Part shown: piece after piece, positions 33,289-37,698 of the stretch
How positions within the stretch are numbered: position 1 is the first letter of the stretch
Layout: every line of letters starts with the position of its first letter
Notes under the pieces: generated by a model
What the model saw: the letters and a program-made list of their open reading frames with translations, nothing else
The model's database searches: none
Told to the model about the DNA's origin: nothing
Translations under genes and position numbers: made by a program
IMG/VR virus record: IMGVR_UViG_3300037722_000939
Span: 1-37,698 of that record
DNA: 37,698 bases
Source: a virus
Taxonomy: Duplodnaviria; Caudoviricetes
Reading direction: 5' to 3' (one strand)

Positions 33289-33732
33289 ATGCGGATCGAA
33301 TGCACCTACAAACGCCCCGACGGGCTGCCGGTCGTCACCACGATCAGCAACGTGAACTACGAATTTCTCCCCGACGAGCGCGGCCGCGCTATCGCGAACG
33401 TCGATCTCAAGGAGCACGTCGACTGCTTCCTCGCGCGCCAGGACATCTATCGCGCCGTCGATCCCGAAGAGGCCCGGCCAGCCGCGCGCCCCGCACCGAA
33501 GGAAATCGTCAGCCGCGACAAGACCGGCGACGACCCCCCGGTTGAAAAGGCAGCGAAGCCGGCAACGCCTTCTCCGACGGTGCCTATCCCCGCCGATCTC
33601 AAGGTCATGAAGCGGAAGGAACTCTTCGCGCTGATGAAGATCGCCGACCAGAAGGGCTACTTCACCCTCACCAACGACCAGATGCGGGTGATCCTGGCCA
33701 AGGAAGTCGCCAAGCCGGCGATTCCGGAATAG
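33289..33732 (+). CDS. Hypothetical protein
   Basis: AAGGA RBS; head-gene cluster. Confidence 0.65.
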   Translation: MRIECTYKRPDGLPVVTTISNVNYEFLPDERGRAIANVDLKEHVDCFLARQDIYRAVDPEEARPAARPAPKEIVSRDKTGDDPPVEKAAKPATPSPTVPIPADLKVMKRKELFALMKIADQKGYFTLTNDQMRVILAKEVAKPAIPE

Positions 33733-33735
33733 TCC

Positions 33736-34431
33736 GTGCCCACCGCAGCGGAACTGTTCACGAGGGCGAGCGTGCTGCTCCAAGACGAGCAGCACGTTCG
33801 CTGGAAGCTCTCCGAGCTGACGCTATGGATCAATGACGGCCTGCGCGCCGTCGTGCTCGCAAAGCCATCGGCGAAATCGGAAAGCGTCGTCCTCTCCCTC
33901 GTGGCCGGTACGCTGCAAACGCTCGTCGACGCGGATCATCTCGCTCTGCTGCGCGTGACGCGCAACATCGTCAGCGAGGGCCCGCCGCGTGTCGGCGGCC
34001 GCATCATCCGCGCGACCGCGCGCGACATCCTCGATGCCTCGGCGCCGGACTGGCACAGCCCGGATCACAACGCCAAGGAGGTCCGGCAGTACGTCTACGA
34101 TGAGGCCGTGCCCCGCGAATTCTACGTCTACCCGGGCAACAATGGCGCAGGGACGATCGAAGCGGTCGTGGCCATCATGCCCGAGCTCATCGAGGCAGAC
34201 GGCAGCCCGGAGGCGCTCGGCTCCTACAATCAGGAGATCGATCTGCCCGAGCCGTGGATCGTGCCGCTGCAGGACTTCGTGCTCTTCCGCGCCTTCTCGA
34301 AGGATGCGGTGGGCGCGGATCCAGGCCGGGCAGGATCGCACTACACCGCGTTCGCAACCGGCGTCGGCCTGAAAGTGCAGGTCGAGCGGGTCAATTCGCC
34401 CAATACGGGCGCTCGTGTCACGTCAACGTAG
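33736..34431 (+). CDS. Head-tail adaptor-like virion protein
   Basis: LQD....RW...EL..WIND, FYVYP, ..D.VL.RAFSKD pattern of podovirus adaptors. Confidence 0.7.
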   Translation: MPTAAELFTRASVLLQDEQHVRWKLSELTLWINDGLRAVVLAKPSAKSESVVLSLVAGTLQTLVDADHLALLRVTRNIVSEGPPRVGGRIIRATARDILDASAPDWHSPDHNAKEVRQYVYDEAVPREFYVYPGNNGAGTIEAVVAIMPELIEADGSPEALGSYNQEIDLPEPWIVPLQDFVLFRAFSKDAVGADPGRAGSHYTAFATGVGLKVQVERVNSPNTGARVTST

Positions 34432-34440
34432 GAGCATCCG

Positions 34441-34623
34441 ATGAAGCCGAGAAAGCCGGAAAAGCCGGTCGTCGAAATCAAGATCACGCCCGCGGCGGAG
34501 GTCTTGAAGAAATCTGCCCGCAAATGGATGCAGGACGCGATCGACGCGCAACTCGCCAAGGAGCCGACGATCGACGGCGTGGCGATTGAGCAGATTCGCA
34601 TCCGCAAGGTCGACACGGATTGA
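34441..34623 (+). CDS. Hypothetical small protein
   Basis: AGGAG RBS; fills the gap. Confidence 0.5.
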   Translation: MKPRKPEKPVVEIKITPAAEVLKKSARKWMQDAIDAQLAKEPTIDGVAIEQIRIRKVDTD

Positions 34624-34685
34624 CGATGGCCAAGCGACCCCCACGCCCGAAACCCCGTCCACCCCGGCCCGGGTACTGATCCGCC

Positions 34686-35306
34686 ATGACGATGCGGGAC
34701 TTCGACTCCATCCTGCCGCGCGTGATGGAGAAGGCCCCGGCATGCCCGGAGCCGACCGCGATCCGCGCCATCCGCGACAAGGCAATCGAATTCTGCCGGC
34801 GCACCCGCATCTGGCGGTTCAGCGACACCATCACGGTTTCTGCCGCGGACTGCGAGGCTATCGGTGCCCCGGTCGACTCCACCATCTTCGAGATCTCGGA
34901 CGCCCGGTTCGACACCACGCAGTTGAAGCCGGTAACGGTCGACTGGCTCGATCACAACAAGTCGGGCTGGCGTGAGGATGAAGAAGCCTCGCCCCGCTAC
35001 ATCACACAGATTGCGCCCGGCACGGTACGCGTCGTACCGGCCGAGGCCGGCGCGCTGAAACTGCAGCTCATCCTCGAGCCCTCAGACAGCGCCAGAACGC
35101 TGCCGGCAATCCTCGTCGATCGCTACGCCGCTGATCTCGCGACGGGTGCTCTCGGCAACATCCTCCTCATACCGGGCGATTTCGCTAACCCGGAGCTTGC
35201 CGAAGATTCCCGGAACGATTGGAAGCGCATGCTCGACCACTACGGCGTCATCGTCCCCAAGGGGCAGCAGAAGGCGCCGCTCCGCACCAGGTCGTCGTAT
35301 TTCTGA
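34686..35306 (+). CDS. Virion structural protein (head completion/connector-like)
   Basis: AP.CPEP.A..AIR..AIEFC.RT..W. Confidence 0.65.
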   Translation: MTMRDFDSILPRVMEKAPACPEPTAIRAIRDKAIEFCRRTRIWRFSDTITVSAADCEAIGAPVDSTIFEISDARFDTTQLKPVTVDWLDHNKSGWREDEEASPRYITQIAPGTVRVVPAEAGALKLQLILEPSDSARTLPAILVDRYAADLATGALGNILLIPGDFANPELAEDSRNDWKRMLDHYGVIVPKGQQKAPLRTRSSYF

Positions 35307-35307
35307 T

Positions 35308-35559
35308 ATGGCCGGCCAAGCGAAACGCCACACCGTCGCAGAGGCCCGCGCGATCGCGGAGGCGCTGCGACCAGTGTGGCCCGACAAGGCAGCGGAGCTC
35401 GACCGCGCGATTGAGCAGGCGCTCGCGAAGGGAGGCGGCACGGTTGCTGCAGATGGCGGGATTCCGATCCGCATCGGCATCAATTACCGCCTCGAGAAAT
35501 TCCACGGTGAGTATGCCCCCGACAAGCAGCCCTTCGAGGTCATCGAGGGCACAGATTGA
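35308..35559 (+). CDS. Hypothetical protein
   Basis: Tight operon packing. Confidence 0.55.
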   Translation: MAGQAKRHTVAEARAIAEALRPVWPDKAAELDRAIEQALAKGGGTVAADGGIPIRIGINYRLEKFHGEYAPDKQPFEVIEGTD

Positions 35560-35569
35560 GGAGATCGCC

Positions 35570-35863
35570 ATGAAATTCCGTATTCTCGTTTCCGGCAATG
35601 ATGGCTCCAAGCCCGTCAAGCCCGACGATGTGATCGAACGCGACAGCGACTGGGCCCGGCGCATGCTCGTGAACGGCTGCGCAGAGCCGCTCGACGAGGC
35701 CGCGAAGTCTGTGGTCGCCAATAAGGACCAGATCGCACGCTACCGCTCGAACGTCCTGATCCGGGTCGCGCAGGGCCGCAAGGTGCCTGACGAGAAGATC
35801 CCGGCGCTGGGCAGCGGTGGCGCGCCAAAGAAAGCGTCCACCAAGAAGGCCCGCGCAAAGTAA
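35570..35863 (+). CDS. Hypothetical protein with basic tail
   Basis: GAGGAG RBS. Confidence 0.6.
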   Translation: MKFRILVSGNDGSKPVKPDDVIERDSDWARRMLVNGCAEPLDEAAKSVVANKDQIARYRSNVLIRVAQGRKVPDEKIPALGSGGAPKKASTKKARAK

Positions 35864-35915
35864 GGCCTGAGTCCCCGCCTCAACCCCACTCCTCTCAACG
35901 ATCGGGAGCCACGCC

Positions 35916-36308
35916 ATGCCTCTTACCCTTGCGGGCCGCGACTTCATCGCCGCGGCCCTTATGAACGATGGTCCGCCCACGTTCTTCGATAACACCAACG
36001 CTCATCTCGGCGTCGGCGATTCCGACGACGCTTTCGATGAGGCCGACACCAACCTCCAGGCTGAAACCAACAAGACCCGGGAGCCCATGGAGGCGTCCTA
36101 TCCGCAGCGCGCGGATAACGTGCTCACCTTCCGCTCGCTGTTCAGCACGGGCGATGCAAATTTCGATTGGGAGGAATGGGGCGTGTTCAACCACGTCTCG
36201 GCCGGCGTGATGCTCAACCGGAAGGTCGAAGCCCTCGGCACCAAGGCCGATACGCAGAGCTGGCTCCTGACGGCCGACCTCACGGTCGAGATCGGTACGC
36301 CTCCGTAG
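35916..36308 (+). CDS. Tail/virion structural protein
   Basis: LT.AGR, .GVG, ANF.W.EWGVFN...G.MLNR motif seen in tail-associated proteins. Confidence 0.65.
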   Translation: MPLTLAGRDFIAAALMNDGPPTFFDNTNAHLGVGDSDDAFDEADTNLQAETNKTREPMEASYPQRADNVLTFRSLFSTGDANFDWEEWGVFNHVSAGVMLNRKVEALGTKADTQSWLLTADLTVEIGTPP

Positions 36309-36510
36309 TCGGCGCGGCGGCCATCATCCGCCGCTTCTCCGCAAGTGCGGCTTCTATGACGCCCTTCATGGTCGCGGTCTGGGGGCGGGCGTTCATGGCG
36401 GCGAGCCAGGCGGAGATTTCGGCTTCGGTCCGGCAGGCTTCGAGCGCGTCGAGATCGCGGGCCATTTCGTTGATCGTTTCCGGCGGGGGAATGTCGGGGA
36501 CGCGGGACAT
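36280..36510 (-). CDS. Small antisense-oriented hypothetical protein
   Basis: 76-aa helical ORF filling an otherwise empty gap in the late operon. Confidence 0.45.
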   Translation of the reverse strand: MSRVPDIPPPETINEMARDLDALEACRTEAEISAWLAAMNARPQTATMKGVIEAALAEKRRMMAAAPTTEAYRSRP

Positions 36511-36526
36511 AGAGGAACCTTAACAT

Positions 36527-37009
36527 ATGACCGCACCCGTTTTCGACCCGACCGATTCAGGCTCGCTTGCCCGCTTCAACGCCGCCAATGCGGTGCTGAA
36601 CGAGTATTTGTGGATCGTGCGCTGGATGAAGGTTCTGACGGATGACCCGGCCAATCTAAACCTCAAGGCGCTGGCGCAACTCCCACATCATTGCGCGGAG
36701 TTGGAGCGGCTTGTGCCGGGCGATCTCGACGAGGGCGTTGCGGTGGCGCTGTCGGCGCTGATGGCCGCAAGGTTCGGGCAAGAGTGGAAGGCGGAAGAAA
36801 TTCCCGACGATCTCGCCGCGGCGCGCGATGATGGCAAGGCGTTGCGCGCCGTGATCGAAGAAAAGATGCCGACGATCGTTTCGCACGAGATCGTGTGGGA
36901 TACCGTCACGCGACAGCCCGTCGAGCAGGTACGCACCGCGGCGAAAGCCGATCATCCCGAAGTCGTAGCAGCACTGACGAAGAACCGGGCCAGCCTCGGC
37001 GGGAGGTAG
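36527..37009 (+). CDS. Hypothetical protein
   Basis: GAGGA RBS; 160 aa. Confidence 0.65.
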   Translation: MTAPVFDPTDSGSLARFNAANAVLNEYLWIVRWMKVLTDDPANLNLKALAQLPHHCAELERLVPGDLDEGVAVALSALMAARFGQEWKAEEIPDDLAAARDDGKALRAVIEEKMPTIVSHEIVWDTVTRQPVEQVRTAAKADHPEVVAALTKNRASLGGR

Positions 37010-37012
37010 CCG

Positions 37013-37698
37013 ATGGCATGGAGCGTCATCGGTAGCCTCGGTTACGATGTCGTAGCTGGCACCAGCAATTCCAGCGAGACTCTACCCGGCACCCTTGCCG
37101 AAGGCGATATCGTCCTGAACGCGCTCACCTGCGATACGGTCGACGGTGGCGTAACGGCGGGGCAGAGCTACAACATTCTTCTGGCAATTGATGGAGGCGC
37201 GGTACTGGCGGCGGAAGCTGCCTACAAGTTGATGGGCAGCACGCCCGATAGCATTATTCAGATCAAACAGAACCAGTTTCGAAAACAGGCGGGCACGGTT
37301 CAGGTCTGGCGCGGCGTCGATCAAACCACGCCGATCGACAACAGCTTGAACTTCGCAGAAAGTTCTTCCGGTTCTCCCGACGCGCCCGCGCATGAGACTT
37401 TGACCGATGGTGCGTTGCGCATCATCATCGGCTTTTTGGACGACGACGACAGTGCCGCAGCGGCGACGGCTCCGAGTGGCTACACCAACGTCGTCAAGGC
37501 CGACACCGAACAGGCGTCAACGAGTGCCGGTGCCACCACAATCATCGCCTCCAAAGAGGCGGTGACTGCCGGGAGCGAAAACCCTGCCGCGTTCACCGGC
37601 ATGGACGATGCCTGGCGGGCGATCCACTTCGCCCTCCGCCCCGCGGAGGAGGAAGAAGAAGCCGCCGAGGTTGATGTAACGGACGATCTGTTCGTTGC
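37013..37698 (+). CDS. Probable tail/fibre-associated protein, 5' part (runs off the window)
   Basis: GGAGG RBS; MAWSVIGS... open to the end; Gly/Ser/Thr/Ala-rich beta composition. Confidence 0.65.
   Translation, partial: MAWSVIGSLGYDVVAGTSNSSETLPGTLAEGDIVLNALTCDTVDGGVTAGQSYNILLAIDGGAVLAAEAAYKLMGSTPDSIIQIKQNQFRKQAGTVQVWRGVDQTTPIDNSLNFAESSSGSPDAPAHETLTDGALRIIIGFLDDDDSAAAATAPSGYTNVVKADTEQASTSAGATTIIASKEAVTAGSENPAAFTGMDDAWRAIHFALRPAEEEEEAAEVDVTDDLFV

Overview
The window is about 38 kb of a GC-rich temperate tailed phage, most likely infecting an alphaproteobacterium (Rhizobiales-like: tRNA-Asp attP, GapR homologue, alphaproteobacterial-phage gene families). Its N4-gp56-type capsid, P22/N4-like portal and CsrA-like gene recall Bcep22/F116-like podoviruses. 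Gene order: end of lysis cassette (spanins); intact attP (3' half of tRNA-Asp with phage genes on both sides, so an excised or free form); tyrosine integrase and Xis; leftward early operon; CI/Cro switch with 15-bp operators; rightward early operon (tRNA-Met, acyl carrier protein, Gp37/Gp68 protein with an embedded NUMOD4-HNH, three adenine MTases, DUF1937, ASCH-like, GapR fusion, AAA ATPase, HNH, replication initiator with internal iterons); a Q-position gene with promoter and terminator; tRNA-Ser; terS, intein-containing terL, portal, scaffold, CsrA-like, major capsid, head-completion and start of tail genes. The strongest leads are a phased GANTC array inside terS (possible methylation-gated pac site), a ParB-MTase ending in an FtsZ C-terminal-peptide look-alike, a CsrA-like gene with a CANGGAYG hairpin in the capsid leader, an integrase with a degenerate catalytic pentad, and two non-canonical tRNAs. 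All family calls come from motif recognition by eye; no searches were run.
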